From: Candidatus Kapaibacterium sp.
GTDB taxonomy: Bacteria > Bacteroidota > Ignavibacteria > Kapaibacteriales > UBA2268
Direction: 5' to 3'
Assembly: GCA_963665665.1 (NCBI GenBank)
Contig: OY762428.1
Coordinates: 2,304,001-2,368,000 of the forward strand
Length of the DNA stretch: 64,000 nucleotides
Shown here: positions 1 to 8,884 of the stretch, in pieces
Position numbering within the stretch: the stretch's first letter is position 1
Layout: each line of letters begins with the position of its first letter
The notes under the pieces: generated by a model
The model's input: the letters and a program-made list of their open reading frames with translations, nothing else
Database searches by the model: none
Told to the model about the DNA's origin: nothing
Program-made: the position numbers and the translations under genes

Positions 1-1496
1 ACTTTCCTGTTTTCGAAATTATTCAATTTATTATTTCTGTATTTAATAGCAGATTTGGCTTTTAACTGGTTCAGATGTTTATCTATTAATTCGAATCTGT
101 TCAGCGTTTCTTCGCAAAATGGAATCAGGTGATCCCTGCCAAGAGATTCATGTAATTTTTTCGGGAAAAGACCTGAAAGCTTTGTTTTAGTTATTTTGCG
201 AATACTTCCTAAAGATGTTGTAAACAACGATTTATTTGTATGCCGGGATTCAGACTTCCATTCTGAAAATAATTCTATCAATTTATATTGTCTCAGCAGA
301 TCATGATAAAGGCCTGCGCCTGTTCTGGAAATTGTTAAATTACCGGCCTGGCCGTTAAGAAGCACATTAACATTATCCCCGGCTGCAAGCTGCAATATCC
401 GCCAATGCCAGAAGCCGTTTTGAAAGTTAGAAGTGAATAGTTTGTTATATTTCAAGTCAATATCTATCGCGTCAATAGGGTAGAAATCCTTAGCGTTAAC
501 AAAGTTGTGAGCAATATCATCGGGATACATATCCAGGATGGATTGAACATAAGGGGTTTCATCAGAAATCGACTTGATTTTCGGGCATTTATCAGGGTAA
601 GCCGGAACAGAAGAATAGGAATATATCTTTTTCCCTTTTTTTCTTAGTTGATCAATTGCCAGTACAGTTGAAGAACTTGAATCCAGGCCTCCGCTCAGGT
701 TAGAGCCTGTCCTTCCTTTTGTGCTAATTCTTTTAGATACAGCGTCGCTGTATATATCAAGAAAATGTTCAATATAATCATCGTTATTTTTATAATTGAT
801 CGGAGATAAATTTTCCGGTTTCCACCAGCGTTCTTTTTTTTCTAATCCTGAAGAAGAGAAAATATAATTGTGGAATCTATTAATATTGAAAATATTTGTA
901 TAAAATGTATCCTCATCGCCGGATTTAACCTGAAATGGCAGCATTCTGCAAATAAGATGTTCATAATTGACTTCGGGAGTAAAATCCGGTAGTTTAAAAA
1001 ATGCTGTTATTGTTGAAGAAAAGTAAATTGCTTTCGATGTTTCATAATAATACAATGGATAAATGCCGCTATGCCCTGATAATATAATTATTTTCCTGTC
1101 CTGTTTGTCCCAAATCAGCGGCATTAAATCACCAAAGATATGATTGTTTGTATCAAATTCCCATTTTTCGAAAGCATGAAGATAAAGACTGATATCGGAC
1201 AATTTATCTATATCTGTTTTTCCGGCAAGGCCCAAAGAATTTATTAGATCATCCCTGTTGTCAATCCTCATTCTCCCGGCGCCGATATACCTCCCGGACG
1301 GAGATTTAACAGGTTGTTCTTCTATCGGATTTTCAGTAAGTATGTCAATGTTCATCTGCACGAGAGCAAAGTTCCCGTCAGTAAAATAGTTATAGCTGTC
1401 GTATTGAACATCATCATAAGCAGATCTCATTTTTTCCAGTATATCAATATCAGCCGGGCTGATATCCTTATTAAAAAAAGCAATTGTGATAGTCAT
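1..1496 (-). CDS. Asparagine-synthetase-like lasso peptide cyclase (C protein); 3' end runs off the window
   Basis: Not in the ORF track because it has no stop inside the window. Hand translation from ATG at 1496 gives MTITIAFFNKDISPAD...GRMRIDNRDDL...GIYPLYYY... (Ntn-like domain without the N-terminal Cys), then the ATP PP-loop NLSGGLDSS (~675-700) and LLNGQAGN. Lies directly downstream of the B2 and RRE genes. Confidence 0.85.
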   Translation of the reverse strand, partial: MTITIAFFNKDISPADIDILEKMRSAYDDVQYDSYNYFTDGNFALVQMNIDILTENPIEEQPVKSPSGRYIGAGRMRIDNRDDLINSLGLAGKTDIDKLSDISLYLHAFEKWEFDTNNHIFGDLMPLIWDKQDRKIIILSGHSGIYPLYYYETSKAIYFSSTITAFFKLPDFTPEVNYEHLICRMLPFQVKSGDEDTFYTNIFNINRFHNYIFSSSGLEKKERWWKPENLSPINYKNNDDYIEHFLDIYSDAVSKRISTKGRTGSNLSGGLDSSSSTVLAIDQLRKKGKKIYSYSSVPAYPDKCPKIKSISDETPYVQSILDMYPDDIAHNFVNAKDFYPIDAIDIDLKYNKLFTSNFQNGFWHWRILQLAAGDNVNVLLNGQAGNLTISRTGAGLYHDLLRQYKLIELFSEWKSESRHTNKSLFTTSLGSIRKITKTKLSGLFPKKLHESLGRDHLIPFCEETLNRFELIDKHLNQLKAKSAIKYRNNKLNNFENRK

Positions 1497-1501
1497 ATTT
1501 A

Positions 1502-1948
1502 TCAGCTAAAGTATTCTACAACGGTGAATTGCCTCATGCCCTCGCGTCCGGTAACAATTCTGTTGCCGGAGCGGAGCCATGCATGAGCTTTCATTTTTTG
1601 ATCATTATCTTTCGCCACGCCAAAGTAGATGGTTGATTTTATTTTTCTTCTGCCAAGCATCCATTTTACGGTTAATGCTTTGTCATAGCATTTGGATTCC
1701 CAGGGAGATTCACGAAAGGCGCGATTTGCCGCCCTGTTTACTTTCATAATAATATTCTTTTCCTGAGCATTTAATTCCATTTTTTCGCTTTCTTTCCTTT
1801 TCTTTCCAATAAGGAAGGAATAGTATCTCATAGGCAGCAAAAGAATAATTACTCTGGCAAAAGCATCATTTATAAGGGCTTCGATAAATAGTAATTTATC
1901 TTCAAAAAGGAAGCCGTAGAAATTCCTTATTTTCCTAAAAATTTTCAG
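1502..1948 (-). CDS. Lasso peptide B2 leader peptidase (transglutaminase-like core)
   Basis: Catalytic Cys (ESKCYDKAL) and His (AHAWL) motifs. The track start is 1840, but the frame is open to 1957 and encodes a typical B2 N-terminus (KIRNFYGFLFEDKLLFIEAL...ARVIILLLP). CTG at 1948 overlaps the B1 stop (CTGA); the start is uncertain. Confidence 0.82.
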   Translation of the reverse strand: MKIFRKIRNFYGFLFEDKLLFIEALINDAFARVIILLLPMRYYSFLIGKKRKESEKMELNAQEKNIIMKVNRAANRAFRESPWESKCYDKALTVKWMLGRRKIKSTIYFGVAKDNDQKMKAHAWLRSGNRIVTGREGMRQFTVVEYFS

Positions 1949-2226
1949 GACTTCACATCAATAAGTTTCATTTTTACGAGTTTTTCCAGAAATTCCGTTG
2001 TGTCTTTTTCGCATACTTCCCTGTCGATATTATATTCTTCGAGTAGTTTATTTACCAGGTCGCCAAAGCTTATTTCATTTTCAATTTTTGCCCATATTAC
2101 TGATCCAATCTCGTCGAAACCATAGTATTTGCTGGTTTCTACGCTCATCATTACAGTCTGGTTGTCAATCTCGCTGCTGATAAAATCATCTTTCCTGATG
2201 ATTATTGTATTGCCTGTTATTTCCAT
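1945..2226 (-). CDS. PqqD-family RiPP recognition element (lasso B1)
   Basis: 93 aa; SEIDNQTVMM...KYYGFDEIGSVIW...LLEEYNIDREVCEKDTTEFLEKL matches the stand-alone RRE pattern; next to B2 and the cyclase. Confidence 0.9.
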   Translation of the reverse strand: MEITGNTIIIRKDDFISSEIDNQTVMMSVETSKYYGFDEIGSVIWAKIENEISFGDLVNKLLEEYNIDREVCEKDTTEFLEKLVKMKLIDVKS

Positions 2227-2258
2227 GATATTTATCTATATGTTAATAAATGATAAAA

Positions 2259-2308
2259 TTCTTTACATAAGGAACGAACTCTGATAAGAAAACACGATTT
2301 TCTTTACA
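2259..2308. repeat. Left copy of the Fic-flanking direct repeat (50 bp identical to 3453-3502)
   Basis: ttctttacataaggaacg followed by the core aactctgataagaaaacacgattttctttaca (2277-2308). Confidence 0.92.
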
Positions 2309-2319
2309 AAGAATAAAAA

Positions 2320-3381
2320 CTATCCGATTTTCAATAATTCCATCAATTTTTCATTGACATAATAATTCCCTGTGCCAAGCCGGTGTTTTGTCAGCAGGCC
2401 GTCATTTGCCATCTCGTTTAAATATTTTGCGGCGGTTATTCTTGATACTCCTAGATCTGTTTCAAGGAATTCAATTTTCGTATAAGGATGTTTGAATAAA
2501 TTGTTCAGTAAATCCTGGCTGTAGAATTTATATTTTGAACGTATAATATTTTTATATTCAAATATCAATTCCCGGATATTTTTTATTAATACTATTGTTT
2601 CCAGGGAAGTTTGTTCAACACATTCAAGGATATAAATCAGCCAGTTTTCAAAAATATTGCTTTGCCTGACATCCTGTAACAGATTGTAATAATGTTCTTT
2701 GTTTAATATAATATATCTGCTATGGTACAAGATCGGTAATTTTAATAGGTCTTTCAGAACAAGATATAACACATTCAATATTCTTCCTGTTCTGCCATTT
2801 CCATCATAAAACGGATGAATGCTTTCGAATTGATAATGTATTATTGCCATTTTTACCAAAGGATCCAAATCAGAAATCGAATCGTCATTGATGAAGAGTT
2901 CAAGATTTGACATAAGCTCAAGAATTTCATTCGGATCCTGGGGCGGAGTATAAACTATGTCTCCACTTGTATCATTTTTCAGCACAGTTCCCGGTACTTT
3001 CCTGAAACCGGCAGAATTTTTTTCAAGTTCCTCCTGAATTTCAAGAATGGTATTTCTTGTTATCATCCCGCTTTCAGAAACCAGGGCAAAACCTTTCTTA
3101 AGCGCCGAACCGTAGTTTTGAACTTCTTTTGCGTTAAGGGAATCAAAACCGTCAAGATTCAGTTCGGATTTATACAGGTCATCGTGTGTTGTGATGATAT
3201 TTTCTATTGCCGAACTGTCTTTTGCTTCCTGAAGCCCCAGAGTATTTATTAAAATATTCTCATTGGGAATTGTTGTTGAAATACCTTTCAATTCGGCGAG
3301 CGCTCTGTGAGCAGAAGAAAGTTTTTTGAGAACTTTTACAGTCTCCAGTTCTACTTTATTATATGGTAATTTCTGTATCAT
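2320..3381 (-). CDS. Fic-family adenylyltransferase (Fic_N + Fic + C-terminal HTH)
   Basis: Canonical HPFYDGNGRTGR motif, inhibitory-helix-like SSAIEN, C-terminal HTH (LGVSRITAAKYL). ATG 3381 is preferred because the track's TTG 3429 lies inside the repeat array. Confidence 0.93.
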   Translation of the reverse strand: MIQKLPYNKVELETVKVLKKLSSAHRALAELKGISTTIPNENILINTLGLQEAKDSSAIENIITTHDDLYKSELNLDGFDSLNAKEVQNYGSALKKGFALVSESGMITRNTILEIQEELEKNSAGFRKVPGTVLKNDTSGDIVYTPPQDPNEILELMSNLELFINDDSISDLDPLVKMAIIHYQFESIHPFYDGNGRTGRILNVLYLVLKDLLKLPILYHSRYIILNKEHYYNLLQDVRQSNIFENWLIYILECVEQTSLETIVLIKNIRELIFEYKNIIRSKYKFYSQDLLNNLFKHPYTKIEFLETDLGVSRITAAKYLNEMANDGLLTKHRLGTGNYYVNEKLMELLKIG

Positions 3382-3388
3382 AATTTCA

Positions 3389-3502
3389 AACTCTGATAAG
3401 AAAACACGATTTTCTTTACAAAGATACAAAACTCTGATAAGAAAACACGATTTTCTTTACATAAGGAACGAACTCTGATAAGAAAACACGATTTTCTTTA
3501 CA
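3389..3502. repeat. Three tandem 32-bp repeats with a 41-bp period
   Basis: aactctgataagaaaacacgattttctttaca at 3389-3420, 3430-3461 and 3471-3502, with 9-bp spacers. Each contains the palindrome AAGAAAA-cacga-TTTTCTT. Confidence 0.93.
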
Positions 3503-3505
3503 TAG

Positions 3506-4375
3506 TTAAACCAGAATATCTCCATTTTCAGAAAGGTATCCATATTTTTTCATTATTTCCGAATGGTTTGCGATTATTGATTCAACCATAGCATCGTTCA
3601 GCTGATTTCGCCAGGCGCCCTTTTTGCCTTTGCGGAAGAAGGATTCGGATTTTGGATTCTTTTCCTTAAAGCCGTGCTCTTTTTCCATTTCTTTTAATTT
3701 GTCAAATGTGCTTAGTCCAACTGCTTTTGAAATTTGCCCGTGCGTGTAATCGAAATCTGTAAATTCCAAAGCCCGTGTGAATTCTTTTACAGGATCGTCC
3801 TTCATATCTTCATATCTCAAAATAATAACCGGAATTTTATCCTGCTCAGTCCAGCTTCTGATATGCAGGCTCCATGACAGGAGTTTTTGCCTAAGCTGGT
3901 TATGAAGAGTACCGTCGTTGGTACAAAAAGCGAAATTCTCGTTGTTCATATCCAGGATACTTTTATGAATCGGTTTATTTGAATGATGTGCAAAGGAACA
4001 GGCTACATCAAAAGGATTCCTTATAATATATACAGCTGAATGGCTAATTTCTTCCGGGAACATTGGCCGCCCGTCAGGTAGAAGTGTATAAGCGTCATGC
4101 GTTTTCAGGAATCGTTTGTCTTCTTCAAATTCATCGGCAAGGTGTTTGTATATATCCGGCCTTGCCAGGTCAATCTCATCCATTGTCAGATCGGAAGCGG
4201 CAGTTCCGGCCAGATCGTCAAATGTATCCCGGCTGCTGGAAATAGGGCCTCCAGTCAGGTTATTTATATCTGCCGGTTCAGAATAACCCATTACAAGATT
4301 TGTGAAAAATACTCTGAACCATGTGTTACCTGATTTTGGGTAGGAGGCAAGCCAGATTATTTTTTTATTTTCCAC
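3506..4375 (-). CDS. PAPS-dependent sulfotransferase (Sulfotransfer_1)
   Basis: 5'-PSB loop WLASYPKSGNTW, 3'-PB RNPFDVACS, C-terminal FFRKGKKGAW; overlaps the kinase stop by 11 bp. Confidence 0.92.
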   Translation of the reverse strand: MENKKIIWLASYPKSGNTWFRVFFTNLVMGYSEPADINNLTGGPISSSRDTFDDLAGTAASDLTMDEIDLARPDIYKHLADEFEEDKRFLKTHDAYTLLPDGRPMFPEEISHSAVYIIRNPFDVACSFAHHSNKPIHKSILDMNNENFAFCTNDGTLHNQLRQKLLSWSLHIRSWTEQDKIPVIILRYEDMKDDPVKEFTRALEFTDFDYTHGQISKAVGLSTFDKLKEMEKEHGFKEKNPKSESFFRKGKKGAWRNQLNDAMVESIIANHSEIMKKYGYLSENGDILV

Positions 4376-5279
4376 TATTAGCCTCCAAATCTTTTAGTAT
4401 TGCGTCAACAATCATTGCAGGATCCGATTTCATCCTAATCCTGTTAAGTTTTCGTATAAAGATATCTTTGGAGTTTGCTATTTGTGTTAAAAAGATAAAA
4501 TGTTTGTCCGGCTGTCCGGTTCTTTGAACAAATCTTTTACGGTATGTTGAATTTCTTAGAAATTTGATTTTCTTAATTGAATCAATTTCTGATATTTCAA
4601 TATCTTCAAAAGGCCCCGGCTTTATAAAATATATTCCCATTACCGGCCTTGATTTTTCAATATCGTGTATTGATATTGGAATTCTGAATTTTTCCTGTTC
4701 TTCTCTTATCTTTTCGATATTTGAATAATCTGTTTTCAGCATTTTCAGGCTGTCATTCCAAAGTTTAATCTCTGAATGTCCGGGAATTATTGATATAATC
4801 CCATCGTCGTCTATAGTTAATAATGAAGTATCGTCACAAAGCAGGCCGTATCCTCTTTTTACAAATTCAGCGGCAATGGTGGATTTTCCGGCGCCTGATT
4901 TCCCTGAGAAAAGTAATGCCCTGCCATCGATTTCCACTGCGCTGGCATGGAGGGCGAATATTCCGCGCTGATGCGCCAGGGCCCCGAGAACTGATCCGAA
5001 AAGGAATACTTTTAACTCGGATTCCGAAGTATCGGGATTAAGGTCAACAGTAATAGTCCTGCCGTCTTCAACAAGGAATCTTCCCACGCTTTCTAAGTTA
5101 AATAGAAATTTGCCCGGGGCTGCGGAATATAAAGGATAGACCTGTGCATTTCCGTTCAATTTTTCAGGTACGTCACCTTTGCGGATTATAACATCGCTTT
5201 CTTTTTCTGTTTCCGGAAGTCCGGAAAACTCGAATTCCGAGTCAAATACAAAACCGTATGCGTAATATTTTTTTCTCAT
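4365..5279 (-). CDS. HPr-kinase-related lasso peptide kinase (PadeK-like)
   Basis: ALHASAV His motif, Walker A GKSGAGKST, LCDD motif; RiPP operon context. Confidence 0.88.
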   Translation of the reverse strand: MRKKYYAYGFVFDSEFEFSGLPETEKESDVIIRKGDVPEKLNGNAQVYPLYSAAPGKFLFNLESVGRFLVEDGRTITVDLNPDTSESELKVFLFGSVLGALAHQRGIFALHASAVEIDGRALLFSGKSGAGKSTIAAEFVKRGYGLLCDDTSLLTIDDDGIISIIPGHSEIKLWNDSLKMLKTDYSNIEKIREEQEKFRIPISIHDIEKSRPVMGIYFIKPGPFEDIEISEIDSIKKIKFLRNSTYRKRFVQRTGQPDKHFIFLTQIANSKDIFIRKLNRIRMKSDPAMIVDAILKDLEANSGK

Positions 5280-5285
5280 AGTATA

Positions 5286-6431
5286 TTATTTGGTTTTAAT
5301 TTTTAAATAATCAAAAACTATATAAAATGGAATTAAAGGATAATTTAGGTATCTGAATATTCCGGGAAATTTAATTTTTGATATATATGATATAGAATAA
5401 AAAGATCCAAAAAATATTTTCAATTTAAAAAAAATGGATCTTTTCAATTTCATTTTATAAATAATAGAATCAACAATACTATTAAAAGTCTTGATATCAT
5501 AGGGAATCAGTATTCTTTTTACACAGAAATCACTTAATTTTCCATGAAACTCTATATTATCATTCAACTTAATTTTGTGATTATAAATATACGATAAAAG
5601 ATTTAATAAAGGGAAGTAAAGGCGTTCTAAATGATATCTTTCCGCAAGTTTCCCTGCTGCAAAAAACAAATCAGGACGATTCATGTATATAAAATGTATA
5701 TCCCGAAGCCAAAATAGACGATTCCAGAAATGTATTCCTCCATGAATAATCAAAAAAAGAATATTTTCTGTTGATAAGGAGCTATAATCTACATAAATTT
5801 TAGATAGGTCATATTCAGTGTTAACATTTTTGGGAATCCAATTATGTTTAAATAATTTCCAATGAAGTTCAATTAAAATATTGGTTTTTGAACTAACAAA
5901 TTTCATCTGATTATTTCTGCGAAATAATTCATTAAAATTCTCTTTGTTGTAATCACTATAATCCTTATAAATTTTAATATTGTTCTCAGTTAAAACTTGT
6001 ATAGCTTTATTGATATTTTTAAATTCAATCAGGATATCAATATCTCTGCTCATCCTATCCGCCGGATCTGAGTATAGAAGCCCGGTTATTCCCGGCCCTT
6101 TCAGGTTTCTGAATTTAATTCCATTAATTTCAAGAATTTTGGAAATTCGTTTCAATTCAGTATTGATAACAAGCATTTTCCGGGTTTCTATTTTAATCAG
6201 GCTATCTATTTGTGTCAATATTGACTCGCTGAGATACGAACTATATAATTTCAATTTTCTAAGTGCAGGAAGAAGCAGGCGATGCCTTCTGCCAAGCTTT
6301 ACAAACATCTGCCAGTCGAAACCTTTTTCAAGAAAATTGATAATAATATCTTCACGATAAGCTTCCGGGTGTTTTGTCAGCTCGATTAGTAAGATAAGTT
6401 CCTTATTTGCATCATCTGTAAAAATTTTGAT
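5286..6431 (-). CDS. Nucleotidyltransferase family protein (NTP_transf_5 type)
   Basis: LKG, RMSRDIDIL, IELHW and W-L-x-D motifs. The frame is open upstream of the track's ATG 6308 and encodes the family-typical FDWQMFVKLGRRHR region, so the start is probably non-AUG near 6431-6446 (uncertain). Confidence 0.8.
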   Translation of the reverse strand: MKIFTDDANKELILLIELTKHPEAYREDIIINFLEKGFDWQMFVKLGRRHRLLLPALRKLKLYSSYLSESILTQIDSLIKIETRKMLVINTELKRISKILEINGIKFRNLKGPGITGLLYSDPADRMSRDIDILIEFKNINKAIQVLTENNIKIYKDYSDYNKENFNELFRRNNQMKFVSSKTNILIELHWKLFKHNWIPKNVNTEYDLSKIYVDYSSLSTENILFLIIHGGIHFWNRLFWLRDIHFIYMNRPDLFFAAGKLAERYHLERLYFPLLNLLSYIYNHKIKLNDNIEFHGKLSDFCVKRILIPYDIKTFNSIVDSIIYKMKLKRSIFFKLKIFFGSFYSISYISKIKFPGIFRYLNYPLIPFYIVFDYLKIKTK

Positions 6432-6657
6432 ATACCTGTATATTATAGTTATAATATTACAAATATAATAAATACAATGTTACGCATAACAAATATAAGA
6501 TTGAGTTTATTCCGAAGTGAAAATTAGCTGATAAATATATTCATTGCCTTCTGTTATACAAAACCGGGCAATTATCAAATATTTCTAAGCTATATCGTGA
6601 AGATTAACTAATTTTGTATAAATATAGTTAATTGTTTTAAATAATATGGTTGTGATA

Positions 6658-7917
6658 ATGCTGGATTTGAAATTCATCAGGGAAAATGCCGAAAAGGTTA
6701 TAACTAATACCCACAATAAGAACGAAAAAGCAGATATTGATACAATTCTTGCCACCGACCTGAAAAGAAGAGAAATTATTCAGGAAGTTGACGAACTGAA
6801 AAACAAACGTAACGTTGTATCAAAAGAAATTGCAATGCTAAAAAAAAATAAAGAAGATGCAACTGAAAAAATTAGTAGTATGAAAGAAGTATCCGAAAGA
6901 ATCAAAGCGTTGGACGAGGAAATGCGCCACGTTGAGGAATACCTGAAGGATAAACTAATGCGTGTTCCAAATATGCTTCATGAATCTGTTCCTGTTGGTA
7001 AAAGTGAAAACGACAATATTGAAATAAGATCGTGGGGCGAGAAAAATGCAGATATTGATACCGACCATATAGAAATAGCAAAAAGGCTTGGCATTATAGA
7101 TTTTGAAAGAGGCGCTAAAGTTACAGGATCAGGATTTGCTTTTTATGTTGGTAAAGGCGCCGCCCTGGAAAGAGCCTTAATAAATTTCATGCTGGATCTG
7201 CATATAAACAAACACGGCTACACAGAAATTATACCTCCCTTTGTTGTAAACAGGGAGTCAATGAACGGTACAGGACAGCTTCCCAAGATGGAAGAGGACA
7301 TGTACCATGCAACAGAAGACGATGTATTTTTAATTCCTACATCCGAAGTTCCGCTGACAAATTTTCATGCCGGGGATATGATTAAACCAGAAGAACTGAC
7401 TAAAAAATTCTGTGCATATTCTCCATGCTTCAGGCGCGAGGCAGGATCGTACGGAAAAGAAGTACACGGGTTCCTGCGAGTACATCAGTTTAATAAAGTA
7501 GAAATGGTGAAATTCACCAAACCCGAGGATTCCTGGAATGAATTAGAAGCTCTTACGAATGATGCTGAAGAAGTACTAAAAGAACTTGGCTTACCGTACA
7601 GGGTGCTTTTACTTTGTTCAGGTGATACCAGTTTTGGAAGCGCAAAAACTTATGACCTTGAAGTATGGACTCCGGGCGAGAAAAAATGGCTTGAAGTATC
7701 AAGCTGTTCCAACTTTGAATCTTTCCAGGCAAGACGGGCAAACATAAGATTCAAACCTGATCCTAAATCAAAACCGGAATTTGTTCATACTCTGAATGGC
7801 AGCGGAGTAGCTACTTCAAGAATAATGGTTGCTATACTTGAGAACAATCTTCAGGAAGACGGCAGGGTGGAAATACCTGATGTGTTGAAAAAATATTGTG
7901 GTTTTGATTTTATATAA
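6658..7917 (+). CDS. serS: Serine--tRNA ligase
   Basis: MLDLKFIREN start, LIPTSEVPL, CFRREAGSYG, HQFNKVE, EVSSCSN, HTLNGSG. Confidence 0.98.
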   Translation: MLDLKFIRENAEKVITNTHNKNEKADIDTILATDLKRREIIQEVDELKNKRNVVSKEIAMLKKNKEDATEKISSMKEVSERIKALDEEMRHVEEYLKDKLMRVPNMLHESVPVGKSENDNIEIRSWGEKNADIDTDHIEIAKRLGIIDFERGAKVTGSGFAFYVGKGAALERALINFMLDLHINKHGYTEIIPPFVVNRESMNGTGQLPKMEEDMYHATEDDVFLIPTSEVPLTNFHAGDMIKPEELTKKFCAYSPCFRREAGSYGKEVHGFLRVHQFNKVEMVKFTKPEDSWNELEALTNDAEEVLKELGLPYRVLLLCSGDTSFGSAKTYDLEVWTPGEKKWLEVSSCSNFESFQARRANIRFKPDPKSKPEFVHTLNGSGVATSRIMVAILENNLQEDGRVEIPDVLKKYCGFDFI

Positions 7918-8200
7918 TAATATTTAATTATTCTTTATGTTATTATATATAAAGGTGTGGATAAGTTGAAAAATGAAACAAATGCGGTTATAACTCTTAT
8001 ATTTTTCTTTGATTGTTAAATTTAAAATTCTATTTTTAACTGTTGAAAAGAATGTTGATAAAAAGAATTAATTCACAGGGCGGTGTAAAAATAATTGTTG
8101 ATAATGTCAAACAATGATTTTTTCCACAATTTTTAAAAATATGTTTTTGGATTATCCACATGAATAAAAACTGCATGTTGAAAAGAAAAAGATAAGTTCG
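7918..8200. other. oriC: Candidate chromosomal replication origin (oriC): DnaA-box cluster with an AT-rich flank
   Basis: Perfect boxes TGTGGATAA (7956-7964) and TTATCCACA (8152-8160). Near-consensus TGTTGATAA (8053, 8096), TTTTCCACA (8120), TGTTGAAAA (8041, 8176), TAATTCACA (8069). AT-rich stretch 7918-7953; parS, mnmG and mnmE lie within 9 kb. Confidence 0.75.
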
Positions 8201-8257
8201 GATGGAAATTATAACCATTAAAGAATAAAGAATTTAAAAAATTGAAACGGAATAGAA

Positions 8258-8698
8258 ATGAAAATTGCATTTGCATCTGATCACGCAGGATTCAAATATA
8301 AAAAGGAACTTTCAGCATGGCTGAAGACAAAGGAATACAAGATACTTGATTTTGGAACTTATGTAGAAGAATCAGTAGATTACCCGGATTATGCCTTTCC
8401 GGCTGCGGAAGCAGTAGCTTCAGGTGTAGCAGATCTTGGCATAATTATTTGCGGTTCCGGGGTTGGTATGAGTATTGTAGCAAATAAAGTTACAGGTATT
8501 AGAGCAGCAAATTGCTGTAATGCCGAAATGGCAAGGCTTGCCAGACAGCACAATAATGCCAATGTACTGACTTTCGGCCAAAGAATGGTGGATATTGAAA
8601 CTGCAAAGGATATGATCATTGAATTCCTGGAGGGTGAATTTGAAGGAGGACGCCACATGATAAGAGTTGAAAAAATTCATAACCTTACTGAGAATTGA
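8258..8698 (+). CDS. rpiB: Ribose-5-phosphate isomerase B
   Basis: SDHAG, VDYPD, CGSGVGMSIVANKV, ARQHNNAN, GGRH motifs. Confidence 0.97.
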   Translation: MKIAFASDHAGFKYKKELSAWLKTKEYKILDFGTYVEESVDYPDYAFPAAEAVASGVADLGIIICGSGVGMSIVANKVTGIRAANCCNAEMARLARQHNNANVLTFGQRMVDIETAKDMIIEFLEGEFEGGRHMIRVEKIHNLTEN

Positions 8699-8723
8699 TC
8701 TGATATGTTTCCGAAAATTATTG

Positions 8724-8750
8724 AGCCCTGTATTTTTACAGGGCTTTATT
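8724..8750 (+). terminator. Probable intrinsic terminator after rpiB
   Basis: agccctgta-tttt-tacagggct hairpin followed by a T-rich tail. Confidence 0.55.
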
Positions 8751-8884
8751 ATTTAAATTAGTTGATTCTTTTAGAATAATAGACTTATTATTTCACAAAC
8801 ATTTATAAGTACCTAAATTATTCCTTTGAAAGAATATTCTAAATTACTATTTTATTATATAATATTATTATTGAGGATTAAAAA

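Noticed and set aside
2227-2319. Lasso precursor ORF in the gap before the RRE gene (also looked at 6480-6650)
   Set aside because: No ORF with a (W/Y)xxP leader and T-x-G core junction was found; the gap is mostly repeat sequence.
3389-3502. Mini CRISPR array
   Set aside because: Spacers are only 9 bp, one recurs at 2268-2276, and there are no cas genes in the window.
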